This document shows, in pieces, positions 55,605-64,000 of a stretch of DNA of 64,000 nt (the stretch's first letter is position 1; each line of letters starts with the position of its first letter). The notes beneath the pieces are model-generated. The model was not told the origin of the DNA, made no database searches, and saw only the letters and a list, made by a program, of their open reading frames with translations. The DNA comes from an uncultured Myxococcales bacterium (GTDB lineage: Bacteria; Myxococcota_A; UBA9042; CAIXZC01). The translations under genes and the position numbers were made by a program. The DNA is taken from positions 36,368 through 100,367 of the forward strand of contig CAITUV010000019.1 in assembly GCA_903895725.1 (NCBI GenBank), written 5' to 3'.

Positions 55605-58600
55605 CTACTCCAGCACCCCCACCAGCTCGGTGTTGCCCGAAATCCGAGCCAGCGACGTGGGCTTGATCGTCAGCTTGGTCCCCGGAGGAACCCCCGGCAC
55701 CAGGCCAGCCAGGTCGATCTCCGGAAGGGCGATGCCGCCGAAGCTCTGCCCCGCAATCTGCCCGAGCGCCCCCTGCAGGACGTCTCCGGCCAGCAGCTCC
55801 TCGATGATCGGCTTGAGCCCCTCGTACCCCTCGGTGACCGACACGATCTCGTAGTCGAACACCGAAATCTGCCCAACCGCCAGCGAGAACGAGGGACCGC
55901 CTTCCCCCTGCTCCAACGCAATCGAGGCCTCGCCGATGAGCGTGGCAAACAGCCCCACCGTGATCGGCTGCCCCATCATCTTGAAGGAGGCCTGCACGTA
56001 CAGGTCCCCCACGCCGAAACGCAACGCCTTGTCCGCATTGCAGTCGGACAGCATCGGGGCCAGGAAGAAGTCCAGCGAGATGGCCGGGTCCACGATTCCA
56101 TACCCCTCCAGAGTCTCCCCGGCTCCGCCGAGCTGCGCAGCCGTCAGCTTCAGGTTCAACGCCCCGCCCCACCAGACCGCAAAAAGAACCTGGTTGAGAA
56201 GGTCGTCGGCCAGCCCCACCGCCACTTCCCCGATCGTGCTGATCTCGTACGGTGGCGCATCCGGACCGGCACAGTCCCCCCGTCCCAGCGCCCCCAGCGG
56301 ATCATGCACCACCTTCTTGGTCGAGCTGGCCTGGGCGTAGAAGCCCATCCGGATCCCGTCCGAAGCGAGGAGCAGCTTCGAATACCGCGTCTGGAGGTGC
56401 AGATTCACCGGCTCTCCCCCCTCCACCAGCGCCGGCACCGATACGTCCTGGTCCAGCTCGAACTGGCTGAAGAGGTCCTCCATCACGCCCGGCAGCATCT
56501 GCTGCATCTGCGACGCCAGCGATGCCTCGATCTGCTGTTCGAACAGCGAAATCACCGCGTTCAGCAACGGCTCCAGGAGCGCCCCCAGACCGGACAGGTC
56601 CAGGCTCACCCCCTCGGTTCCGAGATGGAACTCCTGGAGCGTCGCCTTCGGCTTGCCCGCCTCGTCCAGCTTCACCAGCACCGTGGCAAACAGGTTCACC
56701 TGGTCCACGTGCAACGTCCCGGAAACATCGGGGCAGAGATCGATGACGATCACTTTGCACGTGCCGATGGCATCGACATCGGCGGACAGGTTCTTGAACC
56801 AGGCGTTGAGCTTGAGCCCACCGTCCACCAGAGACATCTGGACGAAGGGGGCGTCCATCTTCACGTTCTTGACGAACACCTTGTAACTGTTGGCATTGTA
56901 GACCGGATTCGGGATGAGGGACCCGAAGTCCAGGTTCGCCAGCATCACCTCCATCAGAGTGGCCAGGTCGTCCGGATTGGCCGGATCGTGTGCGCCGTCA
57001 TCCACGAACTCGTCGGCAAGGAAGAGCTGCAGCCCGTCCGGGACGTGGGTCTTGCTCAGTTCTCCCGTCGTCGGATAGTACTTGTCCGAGTAAGCGAACG
57101 ACCGCACGGTCCGGGTGGTCTGCCCCCCTTCGTCCAGTGCCTCGGCAACCAGAAGGTTGACCGCATGCTTGGCCAGGACGATGTGGGAGAAGCTGTTGTC
57201 CTGCCCGACCTCGGCTGCCTTCCCGTTGATGAAGAACTCGGAAAGCCCGGTGACCGAATCGCTCACCGAGCCGGTCACCGTCACCGACGGCTTGTCGGTC
57301 AGCGTTGCACCCCTCTCGGGGTAGTCCACGGCCAGCAGGGGCCCGCTCCCGTCCACGAGCACCGTGAGCTGAGCCCCCAGGTTCAAAGCATCGGCCAGCT
57401 TCACCGACAGCGTGCGCTTTCCCTCGGTGGTGAACTTGAAATGCCACGGCTGAGTCTCCACCACCCCCTCGGGAGGGCTCACTTCGACCGGTGCCAGGGC
57501 GGCGTCCGGGACCAGGTTGCCGAACTCGTCCCGAACCGCCACCTGGAGCCACAGCTTGTCGAGCACCTTGTAGACCGGTTTGTCGGGCACGGGCGTCAGC
57601 TCCACCTTCATCGGCGGGCCCGGAACCACCTTGAGCACGGCCCCGACCAGCTCGAAGAGGGCCCAGTCCTCCGCCTGCGGAACGCACTTGACCAGGTGAG
57701 AACCGGTCAAGGTGCTGCTCACCGACAGCCCCTGCAACGTGACCTCGGGGGGAGTGAACACCACCATCGGGAAGCCGGCCACCTTGTTCCCCCACAGATC
57801 CGTGGCCTGACACGAAATGCCTGCCCCTTTGCCCGCCGGTACCGTGTCCGGGTTCAACGTGGTCACCAGTCGCCGGGGAACGCCTGCCTCGACCACGAGC
57901 TTGGCCGGACTGCCGGAGTGGGCACCGTCCAGCACGCATGCCACCTCGTATTCCCCGACAGCGGTCGGGGTGAGGGACAGCCCTCCCACGACGGTCCCGG
58001 ACGCCGGATTGACGGCCAGCGTGAACGCCCCGTATACCGGGTTGTCCATCGCGTCGAAGGCCGAGCACGTCGCAACCACCTGGGTCCCGGCCTTGACCTT
58101 CTTCTCGGACAGCTCCGTCAGCACCAGCACCGCCTGTCCCGGCTGGACCGATGCCACGGCCGGAGTCGGGTCCTGCACCTGCCCCCCGTCCGGAGCCGTC
58201 CAGGTGCAGGCGACCTCGTACTCTCCCGGCTTGAGAAAGGTGACCGTGCTGCCGGACACCTGGAAGTCCTCCCCCTCAATACCCGCCACCACGATCCCCG
58301 TCCCCTCCAGCTCCGCGTCAGGACAGTTCTCCAGGAGGCAGCTTACCTCCACCGGCTCGCCCGCCAACACCGCCTCGCCGCTCGGGAGCTTGGTATCCAG
58401 CAACGGCGCATCGGCCAGGCAACCCAGCGAATCAGCGGTCTCGCCCGTCAGGTCGGCCACGAGCTCCGGGCCGATATCCTCCGGCGTCCCCTGCTTCCCT
58501 CCGCCTCCACACGAGCCCGCCAGCAGCGCCGCCACCAACCACGCAGCCGTGCCGAACCAGCGAAACCCTCCCGGGCTGACGCTCGAGCCAATGGACTCCG

Positions 58601-58616
58601 CAGACCGAAGCAACAT
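55605..58616 (-). CDS. Large surface lipoprotein, about 1003 aa, with Ig-like repeated beta-domains.
   Basis: Start MLLRSAESIG...LVAALLAGSCGGGG at ATG 58616, with GGAAGGAGG 6 nt upstream. The 236 upstream codons of the track ORF were rejected. Repetitive beta-rich segments. Confidence 0.55.
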   Translation of the reverse strand: MLLRSAESIGSSVSPGGFRWFGTAAWLVAALLAGSCGGGGKQGTPEDIGPELVADLTGETADSLGCLADAPLLDTKLPSGEAVLAGEPVEVSCLLENCPDAELEGTGIVVAGIEGEDFQVSGSTVTFLKPGEYEVACTWTAPDGGQVQDPTPAVASVQPGQAVLVLTELSEKKVKAGTQVVATCSAFDAMDNPVYGAFTLAVNPASGTVVGGLSLTPTAVGEYEVACVLDGAHSGSPAKLVVEAGVPRRLVTTLNPDTVPAGKGAGISCQATDLWGNKVAGFPMVVFTPPEVTLQGLSVSSTLTGSHLVKCVPQAEDWALFELVGAVLKVVPGPPMKVELTPVPDKPVYKVLDKLWLQVAVRDEFGNLVPDAALAPVEVSPPEGVVETQPWHFKFTTEGKRTLSVKLADALNLGAQLTVLVDGSGPLLAVDYPERGATLTDKPSVTVTGSVSDSVTGLSEFFINGKAAEVGQDNSFSHIVLAKHAVNLLVAEALDEGGQTTRTVRSFAYSDKYYPTTGELSKTHVPDGLQLFLADEFVDDGAHDPANPDDLATLMEVMLANLDFGSLIPNPVYNANSYKVFVKNVKMDAPFVQMSLVDGGLKLNAWFKNLSADVDAIGTCKVIVIDLCPDVSGTLHVDQVNLFATVLVKLDEAGKPKATLQEFHLGTEGVSLDLSGLGALLEPLLNAVISLFEQQIEASLASQMQQMLPGVMEDLFSQFELDQDVSVPALVEGGEPVNLHLQTRYSKLLLASDGIRMGFYAQASSTKKVVHDPLGALGRGDCAGPDAPPYEISTIGEVAVGLADDLLNQVLFAVWWGGALNLKLTAAQLGGAGETLEGYGIVDPAISLDFFLAPMLSDCNADKALRFGVGDLYVQASFKMMGQPITVGLFATLIGEASIALEQGEGGPSFSLAVGQISVFDYEIVSVTEGYEGLKPIIEELLAGDVLQGALGQIAGQSFGGIALPEIDLAGLVPGVPPGTKLTIKPTSLARISGNTELVGVLE

Positions 58617-58904
58617 CTCGTTCCTCCTTCCTCGCAGCGGCATGATAACTGTTTGGCGCGCGCGATGGAAGAGGGGCGGTGGTCCCGTGTGGCAGCCCGT
58701 CTTTGTCCTTGAAAGCAACCGGCCCGCGTGCTGTAATGGCCTTGCGGACGATTGGGACCCGCGTGCACTCACTGTTGTTTTGGCCGGGCTGGGTCGGGAT
58801 AGCGAGCCGGAAGTACTGTTTCCAGTATGTTTCCGGGCCCGAGAGCGACACGGGCATCGTGTCCCGCCCCTCGCAGGGAGTGTCGGATGGGGAAGGAGGG
58901 GGAA

Positions 58905-59897
58905 ATGTCGGAGGAGAGGACCGGGCCGGAGGATGGCGAGCCGGGTTGCGACAGCAACGAGCTTCGCAGGAAGGTCGCCAGGTTGGAATCCGAGTGCCAG
59001 CGGCTCAAGGTGCTCAAGGCAACCAACCGGGGACTTGCGCGAGCCAACGCACGCGCCGCCGAGCTGGTTGCCGAGGTCGAGCTTCGAGATGCAGAAATCG
59101 AGAAGCTGAACACGGCCCTGGCCGCCGCCAATGCGAGGGCCGCCACACTGATGGCCGACCTCGAGCTGAACATGGAGGAGCTGGCCCGCTCCAACCAGGA
59201 GCTCGAGCGGTTCGCGTTCGCAGCCTCGCACGACCTCCAGAACCCGCTGCGCACCATTGCCGGCCTCGTGTCGGTCGTCTTGAGGACCAGCCCCCCCGAG
59301 ACGCCCCCCGCCCACGTGCGTCACCTCACCCTTGCCCGGGAAGAGGCCGAACGGATGCTCCGGATGCTGAGCGACCTCCTCGAATACTCACGCCTGCATG
59401 CCGGCGACCTGCGACGAATTCCCGTCGATCTCGACGACCTGCTCGACCAGGTCCTCATCGGGCTGTCGGTCGCCATCGAAGCGGAGCAGGCCCGCATCAC
59501 CCGGGCCCCCCTTCCGTCCGTCCTGGGCTACCGCACTCCCCTCGGCAGACTCCTGCAGAACCTCCTCTCCAATTCGCTCAAGTTCCGAGGAACCGAGGCC
59601 CCGGAGATTCACGTCTCGGCCACGGAAACCGAGGAGGAATGGGTCGTTTCCGTGGAGGACAATGGAATCGGCCTGGATCCTGCCGATTCCGAGAGGATCT
59701 TCCAGATGTTCCAGCGACTTCACCCCAACAGCACTTACGGCGGTACCGGGATGGGCCTCGCCTTCTGCAAGAAGATCGTCGACCTGCACGGAGGCCGGAT
59801 CTGGGTGGACTCGGAGCTCGGCAAAGGGGCCCGGTTCAGCTTCTCCCTTCGCAAGGCCGGTTCCCCCGGGCTGCCGACGGTTGCCGACAACGGCTGA
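58905..59897 (+). CDS. Cytoplasmic sensor histidine kinase (coiled-coil + HisKA + HATPase_c) with no adjacent response regulator.
   Basis: H-box FAFAASHDLQNPLRTI. N, G1 and G2 boxes (LLQNLLSNSLKF; VEDNGIGLD; GGTGMGLAFCKKIV). No TM segment. GGAAGGAGGGGG RBS. Confidence 0.8.
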   Translation: MSEERTGPEDGEPGCDSNELRRKVARLESECQRLKVLKATNRGLARANARAAELVAEVELRDAEIEKLNTALAAANARAATLMADLELNMEELARSNQELERFAFAASHDLQNPLRTIAGLVSVVLRTSPPETPPAHVRHLTLAREEAERMLRMLSDLLEYSRLHAGDLRRIPVDLDDLLDQVLIGLSVAIEAEQARITRAPLPSVLGYRTPLGRLLQNLLSNSLKFRGTEAPEIHVSATETEEEWVVSVEDNGIGLDPADSERIFQMFQRLHPNSTYGGTGMGLAFCKKIVDLHGGRIWVDSELGKGARFSFSLRKAGSPGLPTVADNG

Positions 59898-59996
59898 CAC
59901 CGCGTCTCGCACGCAGAATGGAAGAGGGGCACGGCCTGCTGTAGAATGGGGCGGAAACGCGGAGCAACCGCGGGATTCCGGGACCGGGAGGAACGC

Positions 59997-62900
59997 ATGA
60001 GTGGAACTTTCAGAAGCACCGGGGGCGGAGCTGGATGGGGATTGACTGCCCTGGCCGGGGCGGGGCGCGTGCTGTCGCTGGGCCTGCTCCTCCTCTCCGC
60101 CTGCTCCGGCACCCCGGGCAGCCAGATCACCCAGCTTGATTCCGGAAGCCTCGACACCCAGGAGCTGCCCTACCCGGCGGACGCGGACGCCAGCGTCCCG
60201 GTCGATGCCGTGCCGCCCGACCTGCTCGACTTGAGCTTCGACCTGATCCCGCCCGAGGTGGACCTCGTTGACGCCGGCCCCGCGTGCGAGCCGGGGAGTG
60301 GATGCTTCCTCGACCCGTGCACGGACAACGGGCAGTGCCTGTCCGGGTGGTGCGTGGAGCACCTCGGTGAGGGGGTCTGCACCACCACGTGCCAGGAGGA
60401 ATGCCCTCTCGGATGGGAATGTCAGCAATATGGCGGCTCGGGCCGCGACCTCATGTTCGCCTGCGTCTCCCTGTTCACCAACCTCTGCAAGCCCTGCAAC
60501 GCCGCCGGCGACTGCATCGGTCCGGGAGGCATCCAGGACGCCTGCGTCCAGTACGGGGGCGGCACCTCCTTCTGCGGGGGAAGCTGCGGCCCCGACACCC
60601 CCTGCCCTGCCGGATTCTCGTGCAAGGAGGCCATCTCCGTCTCCGGAATGCCCCTGTCCCAGTGCCTCCCCGACTCGGGGGAGTGCGCCTGCTCTGCCAA
60701 GTCGATCGCGCTGGCTCTGTCCACCCCCTGCCACGAGGAGAACCCGTTCGGCTCCTGCACCGGAAGCCGCGTCTGCACGCCGGAAGGGCTGTCCGCCTGC
60801 GATGCCCCCGCTCCCGCAGCGGAGAAATGCAACGGCATCGACGACGACTGCGATGGCCAGGTCGACGAGCCGATCGACCTGGAAGGGGTCCCCGTTTCCC
60901 TGTGCAACGACGACAACCCCTGCACCAAGGACGTCTGCGCCGGCAAGGAGGGCTGCCAACTCGAGTCGCTTGACGGAACCGAGTGCCAGGATGGGGACCT
61001 CTGCACCGCCGCCGACCATTGCCAGGACGGGGCCTGCGTAGGCGTTCCGCTGGCATGCGACGACGACGACCCGTGCACCGATGACTCCTGCGGCCCGGCT
61101 GGCCAGTGCGTGCACGAGGCCAACACGGCCAAGTGCGACGACGGCAATCCCTGCACCGTGGGCGACCTGTGCGGAGACGGCAAGTGCGCCGGCGTCCCCG
61201 TCGACTGCGAGTGCACCGCCGACCCCGACTGTGCCAAGCTGGATGACGACAACCTCTGCAACGGAACCCTCTTCTGCAACCTCGACAAGTTCCCTCACGT
61301 CTGCTCGGTGATACCCGGCTCCGAAATCGTATGCCCCCCTCCCGACGGCGATTTCCCATTCTGCCTGAAGTCCGAGTGCCAGCCCGAAAGCGGCGATTGC
61401 CTCACTCTCCCCGACCACGATGGACTGGCCTGCGATGATGGCATCGCCTGCACGCTGGGCGATGCCTGCAGTCAGGGAGTCTGCGCCGGCACGACCCCGG
61501 CCAACTGTGCGGACGACAATCCATGCACCGACGACTCCTGCCTCCCTGACACCGGCTGCCAGCACGTTCCCAACAGCGCCGACTGCAGCGACGGCAATGC
61601 GTGCACCCTGGCCGATACCTGCAAGGCCTCAGCCTGCGTGGGCGGCCCGCTCCAAACCTGCGACGACGGCAATCCCTGCACGGACGACGGCTGCAACCCC
61701 GCATCGGGCTGTACCCACACCCCCAATTCCGCCCCCTGCGACGATGCCAATGCCTGCACCGTCGACGATGCCTGCGCCGCTGGAGCCTGCATCGCCGGCA
61801 AAGCCCAGAGCTGCGACGATGCCAACCTCTGTACCAACGATGCGTGCGACCCCAAGAGCGGGTGCCTCCATACCATGAACTCCGCCCCCTGCGACGACGG
61901 CAGCGTCTGCACCGTAAACGACCTGTGCCAGAAGGGAAGCTGCGTGGGGACCGCACCGCTGACCTGCACCGACGCAAACCCCTGCACCGACGACCAGTGC
62001 CATCCCAAGGACGGGTGTCTCTTCGTCCCCAACTCCGCTCCCTGCGACGACGGCAACGCCTGCACCCTCTCCGACCAGTGCGACTCCGGTCAGTGCAAGA
62101 GCAAGGCCATGCTGGGCTGCAACGACTCCGACCCCTGCACCGACGACGCGTGCGAGCCCGCCGCAGGCTGTGTCCACACGCTCAACACCGCCCCCTGCGA
62201 CGACGGCAACGCCTGCACCTCGAACGACCAGTGCGCTGCGGGAAGCTGCGTGGCCGGCCCCGCCATCGACTGTGCCGACGACAACCCCTGCACCGACGAT
62301 TCGTGCGCCCCCAAGACCGGCTGCAAGCACTCCCCCAACCAGGCCCCGTGCGACGACGGCAACGCCTGCACCGTCGCCGACCAGTGCGAGTCCGGCCAGT
62401 GCAAGAGCAAGGCCATGCTCCCCTGCAACGACTCGGATCCGTGCACCGACGACTCGTGCGACCCCGCCGCAGGCTGCGTCCACAAGCTCAACACCGCCCC
62501 GTGCGATGACGGCGACGTCTGTACCACGGGCGACAAGTGCGCCGCCGGCCTGTGCTCCGGCACGGGGAAGCTCGCCTGCGACGACTCGAATCCCTGCACC
62601 CAGGACTCGTGCGTGTCCGGGCAAGGCTGCACCAACGCTCCGCTGCCCGACGGAACCGCCTGCATCGCACAGGGCGTGTGTGTCGGCGCCTGCAAGTCGG
62701 CAGCGTGCGAGGAGACCGCTCAGGAAGTGTGCGACGGCCAGGACAACGATTGTGACGGCATCGCGGACGAGCAAGACGCGACGGGCTGCAGCGACGTCTG
62801 GCCCGACCTCGACGGCGATGGCCACGGGGCCGGCAATCCCTCCTGCCGATGCGGCGTGCCACAGGGATACTCCAAGGTCGCCGATGACTGCAACGACCTG

Positions 62901-63956
62901 GCCTTGGAGGTCTTCCCGGGGGCGGTCGAGGCGTGCAACGGCGTCGATGACGATTGTGACATGGTGACCGACCCCGAAGGGGCTGCCGAGTGCACATCCT
63001 TCCTGCTCGACGCGGACGGCGATGGCTACGGAAAGGACGGCGACTCGAAGTGCCTGTGCGCCGGATCGGTCCCCTATGCAGCGCTCGTCGGAGGGGACTG
63101 CCAGGACGGCAACCCGGCAATCAACCCGGGAGCCTCCGAATCCTGCACCACCGCCGTCGACGACAACTGCGACGGCAAGAACAACGATGGGTGCATCTAC
63201 GGCTCCTGCAAGGAGCTGCTCGCAATGACCCCGGGGACCCCGACCGGCAAGCGTACCATCGACCCCGACGGAAACGGCCCCGTCGCCCCCTACGCCGCCT
63301 GGTGTGACATGACGGCAGATGGCGGAGGGTGGACCCTCATCGGCATTGCCTCCAACACCGGCCCCCGGATGTGGACCTCCACTTCGGTCTTTTCCGACGC
63401 GTCGACGTTCGGCAGCTTGGACCAGATCGCTGCAGCCTACAAGTCGCCCGCCTGGAAGCAGGTCCCGGGCAAGGACTTCATGGTCGAAACCGAAGAGTAC
63501 TCCCTCGGCTACAACGACCTGCTCGCCACCCAATCCATGGCCGACTTCTTCGCCTCCAAGTGGCCCGGCACCTGCAGCTCCACGTGGCTGCACGGGAATC
63601 CGGACTTCACCATCAACCTCAATGCGGAGCAGGCCAAGCTCTTCGGATTCACGCTGCGGGGCTGGGACAACAACGCAAGCTGCTTCCCCAGCGACAACGA
63701 GAACTCCGCCATCTCTCTGCTGACAGCGGAATGCTGCTGGGTCAACGGAATCGGCAACAACACCTGCTGCCAGCCCGAGTGGGTTTCGCACGACCAGAGC
63801 CTGCTCAAGAAGCAGTTCCTCATCCCCGTCGCCTGCAATCCGGCGGTCTGGCCGTGCAGCCCCGGTGGAGTCACGGTCAATGCCTACACGGGAGGCGACA
63901 CCGAGTGCTACGGCACTTCGTGCAAGGTTCCCTGGGCCCGAATGTACGTGCGCTGA
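59997..63956 (+). CDS. Giant cysteine-rich tandem-repeat lipoprotein (1319 aa) with metal-binding-like CNGxDDDCDG motifs and a C-terminal fibrinogen-related-like domain.
   Basis: Signal MSGTFRSTGG...LLLLSACSG. About 20 copies of the roughly 40-aa repeat CDDGNPCTxDxCxPxxGCxHxPNSAPCDDGNACTxxDxC. Two CNGIDDDCDG/CNGVDDDCDM motifs. C-terminal SCKELL...PYAAWCDMTADGGGWTLIG resembles the FBG/FReD core. Confidence 0.75.
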   Translation: MSGTFRSTGGGAGWGLTALAGAGRVLSLGLLLLSACSGTPGSQITQLDSGSLDTQELPYPADADASVPVDAVPPDLLDLSFDLIPPEVDLVDAGPACEPGSGCFLDPCTDNGQCLSGWCVEHLGEGVCTTTCQEECPLGWECQQYGGSGRDLMFACVSLFTNLCKPCNAAGDCIGPGGIQDACVQYGGGTSFCGGSCGPDTPCPAGFSCKEAISVSGMPLSQCLPDSGECACSAKSIALALSTPCHEENPFGSCTGSRVCTPEGLSACDAPAPAAEKCNGIDDDCDGQVDEPIDLEGVPVSLCNDDNPCTKDVCAGKEGCQLESLDGTECQDGDLCTAADHCQDGACVGVPLACDDDDPCTDDSCGPAGQCVHEANTAKCDDGNPCTVGDLCGDGKCAGVPVDCECTADPDCAKLDDDNLCNGTLFCNLDKFPHVCSVIPGSEIVCPPPDGDFPFCLKSECQPESGDCLTLPDHDGLACDDGIACTLGDACSQGVCAGTTPANCADDNPCTDDSCLPDTGCQHVPNSADCSDGNACTLADTCKASACVGGPLQTCDDGNPCTDDGCNPASGCTHTPNSAPCDDANACTVDDACAAGACIAGKAQSCDDANLCTNDACDPKSGCLHTMNSAPCDDGSVCTVNDLCQKGSCVGTAPLTCTDANPCTDDQCHPKDGCLFVPNSAPCDDGNACTLSDQCDSGQCKSKAMLGCNDSDPCTDDACEPAAGCVHTLNTAPCDDGNACTSNDQCAAGSCVAGPAIDCADDNPCTDDSCAPKTGCKHSPNQAPCDDGNACTVADQCESGQCKSKAMLPCNDSDPCTDDSCDPAAGCVHKLNTAPCDDGDVCTTGDKCAAGLCSGTGKLACDDSNPCTQDSCVSGQGCTNAPLPDGTACIAQGVCVGACKSAACEETAQEVCDGQDNDCDGIADEQDATGCSDVWPDLDGDGHGAGNPSCRCGVPQGYSKVADDCNDLALEVFPGAVEACNGVDDDCDMVTDPEGAAECTSFLLDADGDGYGKDGDSKCLCAGSVPYAALVGGDCQDGNPAINPGASESCTTAVDDNCDGKNNDGCIYGSCKELLAMTPGTPTGKRTIDPDGNGPVAPYAAWCDMTADGGGWTLIGIASNTGPRMWTSTSVFSDASTFGSLDQIAAAYKSPAWKQVPGKDFMVETEEYSLGYNDLLATQSMADFFASKWPGTCSSTWLHGNPDFTINLNAEQAKLFGFTLRGWDNNASCFPSDNENSAISLLTAECCWVNGIGNNTCCQPEWVSHDQSLLKKQFLIPVACNPAVWPCSPGGVTVNAYTGGDTECYGTSCKVPWARMYVR

Positions 63957-64000
63957 CCGCAGCTCCGGTTACAACCCGACCCTCAGCAGCGTGCGGGCAT

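Noticed and set aside
1-64000. Eye-scan for tRNA/tmRNA genes (T-loop GGTTCGA.TCC and reverse complement), especially around the integrase (5900-9000) and near smpB.
   Set aside because: No convincing cloverleaf/T-loop signature was found, so no tRNA, tmRNA or rRNA is reported. A proper tRNAscan/Infernal run is needed to be sure.

Overview
This 64 kb window is high-GC (about 68-70%) bacterial chromosome. Its gene content points to a Myxococcota/deltaproteobacterial organism: many lipoproteins, giant cysteine-rich repeat surface proteins and a split atpZIBE F0 operon. That attribution is an inference. Main blocks, left to right:
- smpB followed by a hypothetical gene.
- A convergent intergenic region carrying a 4 x 42-bp tandem repeat.
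- A cysteine-rich repeat lipoprotein.
- A degraded integrative-element remnant: DUF3800 gene, xis-like HTH gene and a tyrosine integrase with an odd His-rich tail. No tRNA/tmRNA attachment site was found.
- A DUF4838-like lipoprotein and the trkA-trkH potassium-uptake pair.
- A three-gene module: beta-propeller lipoprotein, PduS-like flavo-FeS protein and PduT-like tandem-BMC shell protein, with no other microcompartment genes nearby.
- A lipoprotein, a polytopic membrane protein and a phosphohexomutase.
- atpZ-atpI-atpB-atpE, where atpE carries an N-terminal signal-like extension, then two coupled genes of unknown function.
- A tiny KKEET-repeat lipoprotein and an ArnT/PMT-like membrane protein.
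- A 30-codon bS22-like basic micro-ORF, too small for the ORF track.
- A remodelled dcw cell-division cluster on the minus strand: mraZ-rsmH-ftsL-[TPR lipoprotein]-ftsI-murE-murF-mraY-ftsW-murG-ftsQ-ftsA-ftsZ. It lacks murD, murC, murB and ddl, and has 11-bp-phased GGTGGATC direct repeats upstream of mraZ.
- comEC, a GH36-like alpha-galactosidase and an MDR dehydrogenase.
- A lipoprotein cluster that includes LpoB-like and LPP20/FlgP-like members.
- A large Ig-like lipoprotein and a cytoplasmic histidine kinase.
- A 1319-aa cysteine-rich repeat lipoprotein ending in a fibrinogen-related-like domain.
No rRNA, tRNA, CRISPR array or transposase was found. Many long ORFs in the track are antisense or out-of-frame artefacts of the high GC content and were not called.
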